Below are positions 39,610 to 49,700 of a stretch of DNA of 51,038 bases, piece by piece. How positions within the stretch are numbered: position 1 is the first letter of the stretch; each line of letters begins with the position of its first letter. The stretch covers positions 1 to 51,038 of the forward strand of contig JAWBOW010000003.1 in the NCBI GenBank assembly GCA_038825775.1, written 5' to 3'. The notes under the pieces were generated by a model that was not told where the DNA came from, searched no databases, and saw only the letters and a list, made by a program, of their open reading frames with translations. A program made the position numbers and the translations under genes. The DNA is from Candidatus Woesearchaeota archaeon (GTDB lineage Archaea; Nanobdellota; Nanobdellia; Woesearchaeales; WAPY01).

Positions 39610-40599
39610 TTACTCTTCCTCTTCATCAAGCTCCCTTACCAAACCTTCCTTAACATCCTTTATTCCTTCTCTTGTAACTATAAAAACTGCTTCTCCTTCT
39701 GGAAGGTTTGGACTGTCAACTAATTTTGCAACTCTTGTTCCTTTCTTTCCTTTTCTCAAATAAATCCTGAATGTTGATGCGTGTGCTATTATGTGTCCAC
39801 CAATTGCTTGTGTTGGGTCTCCAAAGAAAACATCTGGTTTTGCCATTACTTGGTTTGTTACATAAATACAAGCGTTAAACTTGTCAGCAACTTTCATTAA
39901 AGAATGTATGTGCTTGTTTAGTTTTTGTTGTCTATCAGCCAATGTTCCTCTTCCAATGAATTCTGCTCTAAAGTGTGCTGTTAACGAGTCAACTATTACT
40001 AACTTTACTTTTAGATTTTCTTTTTTAGCAACATCCTCTATTTTTTCAACCAATAGCATTTGGTGGTCTGAATTATAAGCCCTTGCAACCTTTATGTTTT
40101 TTAAAACTTTCTCAGGATCCATCTTTTGAGCTCTTGCAAGCTCTATTATTCTTTCAGGCCTAAAAGTGTTTTCTGTGTCTATAAAAATAACAACACTGTC
40201 AGGAATTTGTTTTTGCACATTAACTGCTAAAACATGAGCTAGTTGAGTTTTTCCAGAACCAAATTCCCCAAAAGCTTCTGTTATTGAACCAGTTTCAAAA
40301 CCACCGCCTAAGAGGTTGTCTAATGCTTTGCTTCCAGTTGTTATTTTTTCAACCCTTTGCCTCTTTTTTAGAATTTCATCTCCTGATTCAAAACCCATTT
40401 CAAGTTTTTCCCTTGCAAAGTTTATTATCTTTCTTGCGGTTGCTTCTGTGACTCCTGCAACCTCAACTAGTTCTGCTGGTGTTGCTACTGCCAAACTCAT
40501 TAGTGAAGCATAACCTGCCATTGTAAGTTTTTCAGCTGTTGCAGCTCCTACTCCTGGAATGTCTGTTAATGATAATTCTTTTTCTTGTTTTTCTGGCAT
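39610..40599 (-). CDS. radA: DNA recombinase RadA
   Basis: HhH N-domain, [39 protein letters not shown]. Confidence 0.97.
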   Translation of the reverse strand: MPEKQEKELSLTDIPGVGAATAEKLTMAGYASLMSLAVATPAELVEVAGVTEATARKIINFAREKLEMGFESGDEILKKRQRVEKITTGSKALDNLLGGGFETGSITEAFGEFGSGKTQLAHVLAVNVQKQIPDSVVIFIDTENTFRPERIIELARAQKMDPEKVLKNIKVARAYNSDHQMLLVEKIEDVAKKENLKVKLVIVDSLTAHFRAEFIGRGTLADRQQKLNKHIHSLMKVADKFNACIYVTNQVMAKPDVFFGDPTQAIGGHIIAHASTFRIYLRKGKKGTRVAKLVDSPNLPEGEAVFIVTREGIKDVKEGLVRELDEEEE

Positions 40600-41313
40600 A
40601 AAACCACCTTTTTTTATTTTTAAAAAATCTTTTATTTTTTAATTTAAAACAAAAATTTGCTCTTTCATTAATTTTTTAAAGCTTTTCTTAAAGTTTTTTT
40701 ATTAAAATTATTATTTGTGTGCTTTGGTTTTATTAATTTTTTATTAACACACTTTTCTTACTTATCCTTTATTATGAAATTAAACGCATTTAAAACATTA
40801 AAAGTTCTATTTTCTTTTTCTTATGCTCACATTACTTGGTTTTTCTTATCTTTTTGTTCTTTATTTTTTGTTTTGCAATTTTGATTACTGCTTATTTTGT
40901 CTTAAACTAACTTTTTTGTTTATCTCTCAAATTAATTTTTAATTGTTTAAAATTTGTGCTTTTTTTATTAACCTAATTTATTGCTTTTGCAAAGCTTCTT
41001 TGTTTTGGTTGCTAAACAAATTAATAAATGTTTCTAACTAATTTTAAGTTTTTTTTATTCTCTAATTTTTTAGCTTCTTATCTTAAAATTTTATTTTTGT
41101 TCGTTTTTTTTATTTTTTATGCGCTCAAATTTTTAATTAATTTTTTAATTATTTTTATATGAAATTATATTAAATCCTTAAGCCTTTTTTTAAACTTCTT
41201 AATAAAAAAATGCTTGTTTTGAATGTCTGCATCTAAAAACTATTTTTGTATTTTGCATAATTCTTAATATAACAAAAAGCAAAAAAAATCTTAAAATTTA
41301 TGTGTAAAAACTA

Positions 41314-41583
41314 TTACTTTTCCCTTAAAACCAAGTTTTCGTATGCCTTGTTCAAAAGAGCCACCAAGTAAGGTATGTCTCTTATTTTATACGAGTTTGT
41401 GTTCTTCCAAGTTCCGTCCTTTGCTTTATAAATTCTTTGTGCAGTTATTGTTTTATACGATTTTTCTTCTCCATTTTTGTTTGTTGTTTTGTTATTCCAT
41501 ATTGTTACTTCAATACTTCCTGCTCTTAGTTTTGTTTCTGGTTTTATATTATTTTGTGGTTTTTGTAGTTCAGCATTCTTCAT
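41314..41583 (-). CDS. Small basic protein, possible PC4/Whirly-like ssDNA-binding protein
   Basis: GGAGG RBS; G.I...IW.N, R.YK.KDG.WK.TNS....DIP.L; between RPA and radA. Fold call is inference. Confidence 0.6.
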   Translation of the reverse strand: MKNAELQKPQNNIKPETKLRAGSIEVTIWNNKTTNKNGEEKSYKTITAQRIYKAKDGTWKNTNSYKIRDIPYLVALLNKAYENLVLREK

Positions 41584-41754
41584 TTTTCAACCTCCAATTT
41601 TATAAAAATAAATACTTTAAAAATACTTTTAAGCTTAATGTCTAGTGTTCAGTGATATTTTGCAAAAAATTTGTAAGAATTACCATTTTTATAATACAAA
41701 ACCAGAACTTTTTATGGTTAAAAGCCGATTTTTTAAAAGAATTTTTTTCGAGTT

Positions 41755-42873
41755 TTAAAACTCTTCAAAATAATCCTCTTCAAAAGAAGGCTCTTCAGAT
41801 TCTTTATTGTTTATGTTATTTGAGCTTTTCTTATCAAGATTTGTTTCTTGTTCATCTTCAAAGAATTCTTCTTCAACAGGTGGCAAGCTTTCAACATCCC
41901 TCTTCAGTCTTTCCACCTCACTCTTATAATCAGGAAATTCTATTTTGTCTGCTATGAATTCTATCCTTCCAAACATTTTGTTTAGTGTTGCTCTCCCACT
42001 AATTAAGATTTCTGTTCCTAAGAGTTCTCTTCTTATTTCCTCAAATTTTTCAGTATTATCTTTTAACAGAGAAAGTTCTTCTTCACTCTTGTTTAAAAGT
42101 TTTAGGACTTGTTCTTTAAAGCACACTGTTCTAATTATTCCTGTTCCATCATCAACTAAAAGATTTATTACATATGCTTCTTGTGGTTTGACCTTTCCAT
42201 GCTGTTCGCAAACCATTCCTACTTCTGACAAGGAAAGCTTTTTACCACATTCCGGACAAACATGGTAGAATTTTGGTTCAAACGCTTGCACTATTGTTGC
42301 TCTTAACTCAACATCCCTGTCGTTTTCTGATAACTCAGATATTGTTTTTCTTTTGGGCTCGTATTTTGCTTCTTCAACCTTTTCATCAGGAGGGTTTATT
42401 ATTATTTTTGACCTTTCATTTAGGTGTATTTCCTTTGAATTATTATTATCTCTTACATAACCTGCTTTTATTTTTATTATATCCCCAATCTTTATTTTTG
42501 AGGCCTGTTCTGCTATTTCATTCCAAAGAACTACCCTTATTGCTCCTGTTTCGTCAGCAATGACTAAAGAAGCCAATTTTCCTTCCCTATTTTGAGTTGA
42601 AAACGGCTTAACTCCAAAGTTTTGTTTTACTATTCCAACTGTTTCAACATCCCTCATTCCAGAAAGAATATTTTTTATCTTTAATTTTCCAGTGAAACTA
42701 TTAAACAAAGGCACACCTAATTCGTTTGCAACTATTCTCGCAGCTCCTTCTCTTGTTATCAAGCCAGAGAGCTGCTTTACTTTCTTGTTTATCATTTCAT
42801 TTATTGCTTCTTCATTATAACTTGTCTTTTCTTTTATTTTTTGAATAATCTCTTCTATAGTTATTTTAATCAT
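41755..42873 (-). CDS. rpa: Replication protein A (OB folds + Zn finger)
   Basis: GLIT.EGA..IVA.ELGV, ADETG.IRVVLW, CPEC..(13)..CEQH, DDGTG.IR; acidic tail. Confidence 0.9.
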   Translation of the reverse strand: MIKITIEEIIQKIKEKTSYNEEAINEMINKKVKQLSGLITREGAARIVANELGVPLFNSFTGKLKIKNILSGMRDVETVGIVKQNFGVKPFSTQNREGKLASLVIADETGAIRVVLWNEIAEQASKIKIGDIIKIKAGYVRDNNNSKEIHLNERSKIIINPPDEKVEEAKYEPKRKTISELSENDRDVELRATIVQAFEPKFYHVCPECGKKLSLSEVGMVCEQHGKVKPQEAYVINLLVDDGTGIIRTVCFKEQVLKLLNKSEEELSLLKDNTEKFEEIRRELLGTEILISGRATLNKMFGRIEFIADKIEFPDYKSEVERLKRDVESLPPVEEEFFEDEQETNLDKKSSNNINNKESEEPSFEEDYFEEF

Positions 42874-42919
42874 AAAGAAAAAGCAAAAGTAGTTTGTTTA
42901 AATAGTTTTCTATAATTTT

Positions 42920-44581
42920 TTAGTTTATTCTTATTGCAAATCTAATATTATTTATGCAGACAGGATAAATATTTTTCTTAAGTGTGCATTGGTTAAAATT
43001 CTTTTTAATTTCATCCTTATATCTTGGGTTTACAATATAAACTGAGTTTTCATGCTTGAATAATACTATTTCCAAGTTTGTGCTTAATGCCTTTGCAGGT
43101 ATTTTTTGAAATTCTATTTTTTTAATTGTTCCGTCTTTATTATAGTTTAATCTTATTACAAAATTGTTCTCTTCTTCAATAAAACCATTATTTTCGAAAC
43201 CTAATATTTTTATTAAATCAAAATAATCCTTAAGCCCAATTTCTCCTAAATTAGTTGCAATTAGCATTCTTCCAGAGTTAGAATCTCTTATAAAAGAGAT
43301 CTCGTAATTACCGTTAAAATCAATTTTTGAGATTTTTGTAAGATCAACAGAACAATAACAATCATTATCCAAAGTTGCGTTGCAATAGTTTATTGTCTTT
43401 AATACTTCATAGAATGGCTTTTCAAAATCTTCGTAACAATCCTCATTATAACCAATGCTTGAAAGTTTTGAATTGTAGCATTCCTCTTTGTTTGTTGAAA
43501 TTTTGCATTCTTCAACAATATTTTTTATTGTTAAATACAACTTTTCATACTGTTCTAAATTTAATTCTGCTTGTGTGCTAAAAGATAAGTTTGTTAAGTA
43601 TTGTGTTTCTCCACAACTCTGCTTTTTTTGGTCTCTAACTTCAACTTCCAAACCTTGATAATAACAAAGTGGGTTTACTTGTTGATTATTTATTCTTATC
43701 TCAAAGTGAAGGTGGGGGGAAGTTGAGCTTCCAGAACTTCCCATTATTCCGATAACGTCCCCTTGATTTACAATTTGCCCCTCGTCAACATTAACTTTTT
43801 CTAAATGAGCGTATAGGGTTTTTAGGTTTCCGTGATTTATTAAAACATAATTTCCATAGAAACTCCCACAATTGAAACAACTATCGTCTGATTTATCTGT
43901 ATTGGAGTTATAATAGCAATTAGAACAACCCTTGTTTACTAGTTCAACTCTTCCTGATTTTACTGCATAAATCTCTTTTGTGTCAGAATCAATGTCTATT
44001 CCCTTATGAAAATGTTGTTTTTTTGTTATTGGATGAATTCTCTGTCCAAAAGAACTTGCTACAGAGTATTTTCCACTAAAAGTTCCTGTTGGCCAAATCA
44101 AATCTTGAGGTGTTGAACTTCCTGACAACAAAATCGTATTTTTTAATAATATTCCATTAATAATTGTAGAATCTGTTTTTGGAATTATTTCTATTTTGTA
44201 TTCTTTAGGTATGTATTCTTCACTTCTATCTAAATATTCTATTAGTTCGTTATAAAATATTTTTGAAAATTCTTTTTTAAAATCAGGTTTGTTTTCTGTC
44301 CAATCTGCCAGTCCTAGTATTCTTTTAGGATTTTCAAAACCACCATTTTTTAAGAATGTTTTTACAGAATCATTTGCAGCACACTTTGCTGATTGTTGAA
44401 CATAAAAATGTAATTTTTCTCCTTCTTGGTATGTTTGGAATAACGACAATGCTTGCGAACCAATAACTAAGTTTCCAAGGTTTTTGTCTTTCATCTTAAC
44501 AACCACAAATAAGAATATTAAGAAAACTACAAAGAACACATACAACAATGCTGAAAAATACATTGAACCCCTTTTTTTCAT
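42920..44581 (-). CDS. Membrane-anchored protein with internal M23 metallopeptidase domain
   Basis: MKKRG + hydrophobic helix; SSFGQRIHPI, HKGID (HxxxD), YGNYVLINH, LYAHL, G.SG.STSPHLHFEIR (HxH), VNP. Confidence 0.9.
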   Translation of the reverse strand: MKKRGSMYFSALLYVFFVVFLIFLFVVVKMKDKNLGNLVIGSQALSLFQTYQEGEKLHFYVQQSAKCAANDSVKTFLKNGGFENPKRILGLADWTENKPDFKKEFSKIFYNELIEYLDRSEEYIPKEYKIEIIPKTDSTIINGILLKNTILLSGSSTPQDLIWPTGTFSGKYSVASSFGQRIHPITKKQHFHKGIDIDSDTKEIYAVKSGRVELVNKGCSNCYYNSNTDKSDDSCFNCGSFYGNYVLINHGNLKTLYAHLEKVNVDEGQIVNQGDVIGIMGSSGSSTSPHLHFEIRINNQQVNPLCYYQGLEVEVRDQKKQSCGETQYLTNLSFSTQAELNLEQYEKLYLTIKNIVEECKISTNKEECYNSKLSSIGYNEDCYEDFEKPFYEVLKTINYCNATLDNDCYCSVDLTKISKIDFNGNYEISFIRDSNSGRMLIATNLGEIGLKDYFDLIKILGFENNGFIEEENNFVIRLNYNKDGTIKKIEFQKIPAKALSTNLEIVLFKHENSVYIVNPRYKDEIKKNFNQCTLKKNIYPVCINNIRFAIRIN

Positions 44582-44738
44582 AATATAAAAATAAAAAAAA
44601 CTCTTTTTTTATAAACTTTTATGTTTTTATTTAAAAATACGTTAATAATGAAAAGTTTTATAAATTTTAAATTTAAAATTAAAAATAATTTAAAAAATGA
44701 AATATTATGTTTAAAATTGTTTAAAAAAAGAGGTGTTT

Positions 44739-45716
44739 ATGAAGGAAATATTGATTGAGTTTTTAATCTTGTTTTTAAGTGGTGTTGCGTTGGTTTTTGG
44801 CGCTGATCTTGTTATAAAAGCAGTAACTTCTTTTGCAAAGAAGCTTGGTGCTTCAGAATATTTTGTTGGTTTTATGGTTGTTGCAATCGGCACAAGCGCT
44901 CCTGAATTGATAAATGCTCTGGTAGCATCTTTAAGTGCTTTGAGAATAAATGATCTGTTTTTTAAAAATTCTTTAGGCAATATTGTTTTAGGTAATTTGA
45001 TTGGTGCTAATATTTTGGATTCTTTATTTGTTTTTGGAATAATGGCTTTTGTTGCTAAAAAATTATTTGTGGAAGATGAAGTAATAAACAGATCAACATT
45101 CTTAATGCTTATTCTAATAGTTTTACCATTAATTCTAAGTTTAGACGGCTACTTATCAAAGTTTGATGGTTTGATTTTAATTTTTGCATTCTTGTTTTAT
45201 GTAAAAGATTTGTGGGATAAAGAGGTTTCTCTTGGGAAGTTAGAAAAGGACGTTTCTTTGAGAAAATTAGTTCATGAGTTTTTAATCTTTGGGATTGGAA
45301 TTCCAATACTAATAATAAGTTCAAAATACTTTGTTATTTCTGCTGTAAAAATTGCTGATTTTCTAAACATACCTGCTTTTATAATAGGACTAACAATTGT
45401 TTCCTTAGGCACAACCCTTCCAGAGTTGAGTGTTGGAATAATATCTTCTTATAAGGGACATAAAAATATTGGATTTGGAAACATTTTAGGAAGTGTTATG
45501 TTTAACATTCTATTTATTCTTGGAGTTGCTTCTCTTATAAATCCGATAAGCGTTGATATAAACAGCTTTTTAGTGAGTTTTATGTTTATGATATGCGGGG
45601 TTTATATTGCAATACTTTTCTTGGATAAAAAAACAATCACCTGGAGAGAAGGGCTTGGTTTATTAGTTTTATACATTACTTTTTTAGTTGTGCAGTTAAA
45701 AGGAATTTTTATTTAA
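44739..45716 (+). CDS. Ca2+/Na+ antiporter (YrbG/CaCA family)
   Basis: Alpha repeats GTSAPE..GNLIGAN and GTTLPE..GNILGSV.FN. Confidence 0.92.
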   Translation: MKEILIEFLILFLSGVALVFGADLVIKAVTSFAKKLGASEYFVGFMVVAIGTSAPELINALVASLSALRINDLFFKNSLGNIVLGNLIGANILDSLFVFGIMAFVAKKLFVEDEVINRSTFLMLILIVLPLILSLDGYLSKFDGLILIFAFLFYVKDLWDKEVSLGKLEKDVSLRKLVHEFLIFGIGIPILIISSKYFVISAVKIADFLNIPAFIIGLTIVSLGTTLPELSVGIISSYKGHKNIGFGNILGSVMFNILFILGVASLINPISVDINSFLVSFMFMICGVYIAILFLDKKTITWREGLGLLVLYITFLVVQLKGIFI

Positions 45717-46417
45717 AAGATAATAGTTCCATTGTAATTATTATTTAATTTAATTAATATTTTTTTGTCATACTCTTCATTCATTAAATTAAGAACTTTT
45801 TTTAAATCAGAAATATTATTTACAAAAACCACTCCTATTTTATTTTTTGCCCCTAATTTTGAAGCTTCAATGTCAAATGGAATATTAAGGCCTGGCTTGT
45901 GCTTTTTAGGTATTATTTTTAAGTATTCATTCCAAGAAATTCTCTTTAATCTTTTATTTTCTTTGTTTCTAACATACTTTATTCTTGAAATGTTTATAAT
46001 GAATTTTTGTCTTAGTAATTTTGCAAAACTAACTGCAATAAAATCAGTAGTGTGTCCTGGAACATTTCCGTGGCTTACTAAAAAATTGTTTTTAGAAAAT
46101 TGTTGTGTTTTTGATTTTTCAAAATCTTCTAATTTAATGATTTTTGCATTAAAAACCTTTGATATTAACAACGCATTAATCTCTGTTGCTTTTATTCCAA
46201 TCTCATCTAAATCATTATCTTTTTTTGAGAACTCCTTTAATGCGTTTTGATAGTTTCTTGCAATAAAGCCACCACCACAAACAATTATGAATTTTGTGTT
46301 TTTAAAACTCTCTAAAACTCTCTTAAAATCCTTTATGAAATCAATATTTATTTTCTTTTTATTTATAACAGATCCTCCTAAAGAGATTATAATTATTTTA
46401 TTATTTTTAACTCTCAT
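45713..46417 (-). CDS. pyrH: UMP kinase, archaeal type
   Basis: ISLGGSV, VCGGG..AR.Y, D.IGI.AT..NA, PGHTTD, PG.N.PFD..A. Confidence 0.85.
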   Translation of the reverse strand: MRVKNNKIIIISLGGSVINKKKINIDFIKDFKRVLESFKNTKFIIVCGGGFIARNYQNALKEFSKKDNDLDEIGIKATEINALLISKVFNAKIIKLEDFEKSKTQQFSKNNFLVSHGNVPGHTTDFIAVSFAKLLRQKFIINISRIKYVRNKENKRLKRISWNEYLKIIPKKHKPGLNIPFDIEASKLGAKNKIGVVFVNNISDLKKVLNLMNEEYDKKILIKLNNNYNGTIIF

Positions 46418-46429
46418 TTAATCAACCTT

Positions 46430-46786
46430 TTATGATAAGCTTATAAAAATTATTCCAAGCATTATTAAAATTATGCCTAAAATTTTATTTTTTGTTATGC
46501 TTTCGTTTAAGTATTTTCTTGAAAGCAAAATAACCCATACATAAGAGAGTGCTGTTAATGGATAAACAAAGGATAATTCTCCGAATTTTAAAGCGATAAT
46601 AAAAGGAATTGTTGAGCCACCGTACAGAAGAAAGCCAATTATTATTTCATAATTCTTAAAAATGTTTTTTATGCTTATGCTCTTTTTAGAGCCAAACTTT
46701 AAGTATAAACTGCCAAAAGCTCCCATTAAGGTTGCAATAATTACTAAAATTATTGGCAAAAAAATTTTTGTTATTATCTTAAACAC
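46430..46786 (-). CDS. SMR/EamA-like small membrane transporter
   Basis: Four TM, ALKFGELS.VYP..ALSY, GI.LI..G; start uncertain (GTG 46786 likely). Confidence 0.78.
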   Translation of the reverse strand: MFKIITKIFLPIILVIIATLMGAFGSLYLKFGSKKSISIKNIFKNYEIIIGFLLYGGSTIPFIIALKFGELSFVYPLTALSYVWVILLSRKYLNESITKNKILGIILIMLGIIFISLS

Positions 46787-46800
46787 CCTTTGTTTATTTT

Positions 46801-47199
46801 TTATTTGTTTCTTGTTATTATTATTAATCCAAAAATTATTAATAAAATTCCAATCCATCTTAAAATCGTTATTCTTTCATTCAGGAATTTTATGCTGAAG
46901 AACGAAACCCAAACAAAACCCAAAGCAATGAAAGGATAGACTGTTGATAGTTCACCGTGCTTTAACGCGACAATCAATAACAAAGCTGCTATGAAATAAG
47001 AAAAAAGACCCAAATAAAGTGTTGGATTAAAAACAACCCTTTTAAGATTGTTGTCTGATTTTATAAGTGCTAGTTTATAAGAAAGTTGTCCTAATGATGA
47101 TAGTAAGGTGCAGATTATGACAAGAATTATTGCTAATTTAGATGTTCTTACCATTTTGTTTTGAAAGATTCTTTTAGTTTTCTTTTCTTTTTGTCTCAT
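46801..47199 (-). CDS. SMR/EamA-like small membrane transporter (paralogue)
   Basis: GQL..K, ALKHGELSTVYP..AL, L.E.I...RW.GI.LI. Confidence 0.8.
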   Translation of the reverse strand: MRQKEKKTKRIFQNKMVRTSKLAIILVIICTLLSSLGQLSYKLALIKSDNNLKRVVFNPTLYLGLFSYFIAALLLIVALKHGELSTVYPFIALGFVWVSFFSIKFLNERITILRWIGILLIIFGLIIITRNK

Positions 47200-47218
47200 T
47201 TTTTTGTCTTTTAATTTT

Positions 47219-47563
47219 TTATGATTCTTCTAATAAACTTATTTTAAATAATTTTATCTGCTTAGGACACATTCTTGTAGCTTTAATAATGCTTTGGTTT
47301 CTTGTCCCATAATATTTAACTTTCATATCAACAAAATTAGTTAAATCCCCAACTTCTGAAAAATCAATTATTTCACAACCAAATTCTTTAGTTTCTAAAC
47401 AATAACATTTGCCACAAGTATCCTCACCCATTGTAAAACTGCACTTCCTTACAATTCCTGTTTCAAATTCTTCTTTGTTTTTAGAGCAGCCAATAAAGAA
47501 TAATAATGCAAAAAGCACAAAGAAAATAAACACTTTTTTAATAAGAACCATTTGCTTCACCAC
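47219..47563 (-). CDS. Putative Cys-rich lipoprotein
   Basis: Hydrophobic N-terminus ending FFIGC; six further Cys. Confidence 0.6.
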   Translation of the reverse strand: MVKQMVLIKKVFIFFVLFALLFFIGCSKNKEEFETGIVRKCSFTMGEDTCGKCYCLETKEFGCEIIDFSEVGDLTNFVDMKVKYYGTRNQSIIKATRMCPKQIKLFKISLLEES

Positions 47564-47587
47564 ACTTTTTAATAAAAATATAAAAAA

Positions 47588-48583
47588 TTAATCTATAAAA
47601 GTTTTGCTATTTTTAACAAACTTATTATAATTTTTTATTCTTTTTAAAAGTTCCTTTTCTTTTAAAAGAATATTTTGTGCTCCTAAATTTTGGACAACAC
47701 TTATTGAATTGCACAAGCCACACTTTAATGCAAACTCCACATCTGCCCTTTTTATGATTCCATAAACAAAACTTGATGCAAAAGCATCACCGGCACCTGT
47801 TGTTTCTTTAACCTTAACCTTTGGAACTTTACACCTATAAAAGTATTCTCCATCAAATGCAAAAGCACCATTCTTTCCGTCAGTAATAACGACGACATTT
47901 TTAACATGGTTTTTTAAAAAAATCAGTTGTTCTTTAATTTGTTCTTTTTCAGAAATCAATTGGGCCTCTTGCTTATTTAAAATAATAATTTCTGCATTTT
48001 CAATAATTTTTTTTAATTCTTTAAAACCTAACCTTGCTAAGTAAGTGCTTGGATTAAAAGCAATTTTTATTTTATTATTTATTGCAAAATCAACTATATT
48101 TTTTGTGCTTTCAAAGCTCTTACCATAAACTGATGATAAATAAAACCATTTTGTCCTTAGTTTTTCTTTATTAACCTTATTAAAATCAAAGTTTTCATTA
48201 CAACCCCTATAAGTGAGTATTGTTCTTTCTTCATCTTTGCTGTCAAGTATTATTGAAAAACCATTGCTTTCTTCACTTATATAACCTAAGAAATCTATTT
48301 TTTCATACTTCATTTTTTTTAGAATCATTTGTCCATTCTGGTCTCTGCTTAAACATCCTAAAAAACCAGTTTTTAAGTTTAATCTTGAGAATGAAACAGC
48401 AGCATTAAAAGCCCCCCCTCCAAAATCACTTTTAAAATTATCAATTATGAGTTTTGAACCAACAGGATATGCTATCAGATTTTCCTTCTTAAAAGTTATA
48501 TTGTCATTTATGGTTATAATTTCTGAAGCAGTATTTATGAATAAGTCAATAACAGCCCCTCCTACGCATATGATATCAAACAT
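47588..48583 (-). CDS. PfkB-family carbohydrate/nucleoside kinase
   Basis: GGGAFN.A...SRL, N..EA, ITDG..GA, ETTGAGDAF; start 48583. Confidence 0.92.
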   Translation of the reverse strand: MFDIICVGGAVIDLFINTASEIITINDNITFKKENLIAYPVGSKLIIDNFKSDFGGGAFNAAVSFSRLNLKTGFLGCLSRDQNGQMILKKMKYEKIDFLGYISEESNGFSIILDSKDEERTILTYRGCNENFDFNKVNKEKLRTKWFYLSSVYGKSFESTKNIVDFAINNKIKIAFNPSTYLARLGFKELKKIIENAEIIILNKQEAQLISEKEQIKEQLIFLKNHVKNVVVITDGKNGAFAFDGEYFYRCKVPKVKVKETTGAGDAFASSFVYGIIKRADVEFALKCGLCNSISVVQNLGAQNILLKEKELLKRIKNYNKFVKNSKTFID

Positions 48584-48634
48584 AAGAAAAAATAAAACAA
48601 ATTTTTTTATAAATCTTTTTGTTTTTAGCAAATT

Positions 48635-49666
48635 TTATTTTATAAGTTTATTGAGCAGATCATGCGAATCGTTAAGAACAAAATCTTTTGAGATGTTTTT
48701 TGGAATTCTTGTTAAGAGTAATGTTTTTAGAAAATCCTTTTCTTTGTTACTTATTCTTGCAAACCTATCAGCGTCTATCAAACCATAAGGATAGCCAAAA
48801 AAACTTGGGTCTTTAGAGTTTTTCTTTAAATGCCACAACACCTCATCAATATTATCTGCTTGCTCATTGAATATCTCAAAATTAAAACAATAATTTGATT
48901 TTTTGTGAAGTTTTACTATTACGATTTCTGCTTTATGATTCTCGTCTCTTATTTTTGCAATTGGGTAATAATACCACTCCAATAAACCTAAGGATTTTGA
49001 TGTTCTCATTAGAATATTATTAACTGATCTTCCATTTTTTGTCAATAGTTGTGATGTCTTTGACAATGCAGCTATTATATTTTTGTTCTTAATTCCTGAA
49101 TCAAATAGTTCTTGTAGAAGATTCTTTTCTAATTGAAAATTTGATTTTAAATTACCATCTAATAATATTATTGAATCGCTAAACTTTTTACTTAAATGTA
49201 AAGCTGTTTTTAATTCACATAATCTTCTAGTGACATCTCCTATTTTTGAGATTGGAATTCTATTGTTTCCTTCTCTAAGGCTTTCCTCGAACGAGTCTAT
49301 TTGGAAGTCAAAATAAGAAGGAGAAAATTCAACTTTATAGTAAATTTCTGAATTTTTTTTATCTCTTGTTGCATATGCAATCATATAATTTTCTTTTTTT
49401 ATAGAATAAATTCTCTTGCTTTCAAAGACAGAACCGTAAGTTCTTATGAAGTGAACACTTATGTTTGTTGTATTTATCAATTCTGCATTTCCGCCATCTA
49501 CAAAAATCATCTTTTTTGTGTTGTCAAATGCTTTAAATTCGTGAAAATTCTCCTCACTTATTTTAAAAGTTCTTTCTGCTTCTCTCAAATCAACAGTCTC
49601 TTCACAAGGACCAACTAAATTTGTCTCTTTGTAAACATTAACAAATTTTTCAACGATCTCTTTCAT
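48635..49666 (-). CDS. NurA-family nuclease
   Basis: FVDGG, R.L.E, ILLDG, LSKTS, GYPYGL..AD..ARI. Confidence 0.8.
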   Translation of the reverse strand: MKEIVEKFVNVYKETNLVGPCEETVDLREAERTFKISEENFHEFKAFDNTKKMIFVDGGNAELINTTNISVHFIRTYGSVFESKRIYSIKKENYMIAYATRDKKNSEIYYKVEFSPSYFDFQIDSFEESLREGNNRIPISKIGDVTRRLCELKTALHLSKKFSDSIILLDGNLKSNFQLEKNLLQELFDSGIKNKNIIAALSKTSQLLTKNGRSVNNILMRTSKSLGLLEWYYYPIAKIRDENHKAEIVIVKLHKKSNYCFNFEIFNEQADNIDEVLWHLKKNSKDPSFFGYPYGLIDADRFARISNKEKDFLKTLLLTRIPKNISKDFVLNDSHDLLNKLIK

Positions 49667-49700
49667 AAAAAATATAAACTAAATAAAGAATATAAATCTT

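Noticed and set aside
40600-41313. Replication origin
   Set aside because: No ORB-like repeats recognised and no orc1/cdc6 nearby; kept only as an unexplained gap.
19460-49666. Canonical herA-nurA repair operon
   Set aside because: Genes are 28 kb apart on opposite strands, with no mre11 or rad50 in the window.
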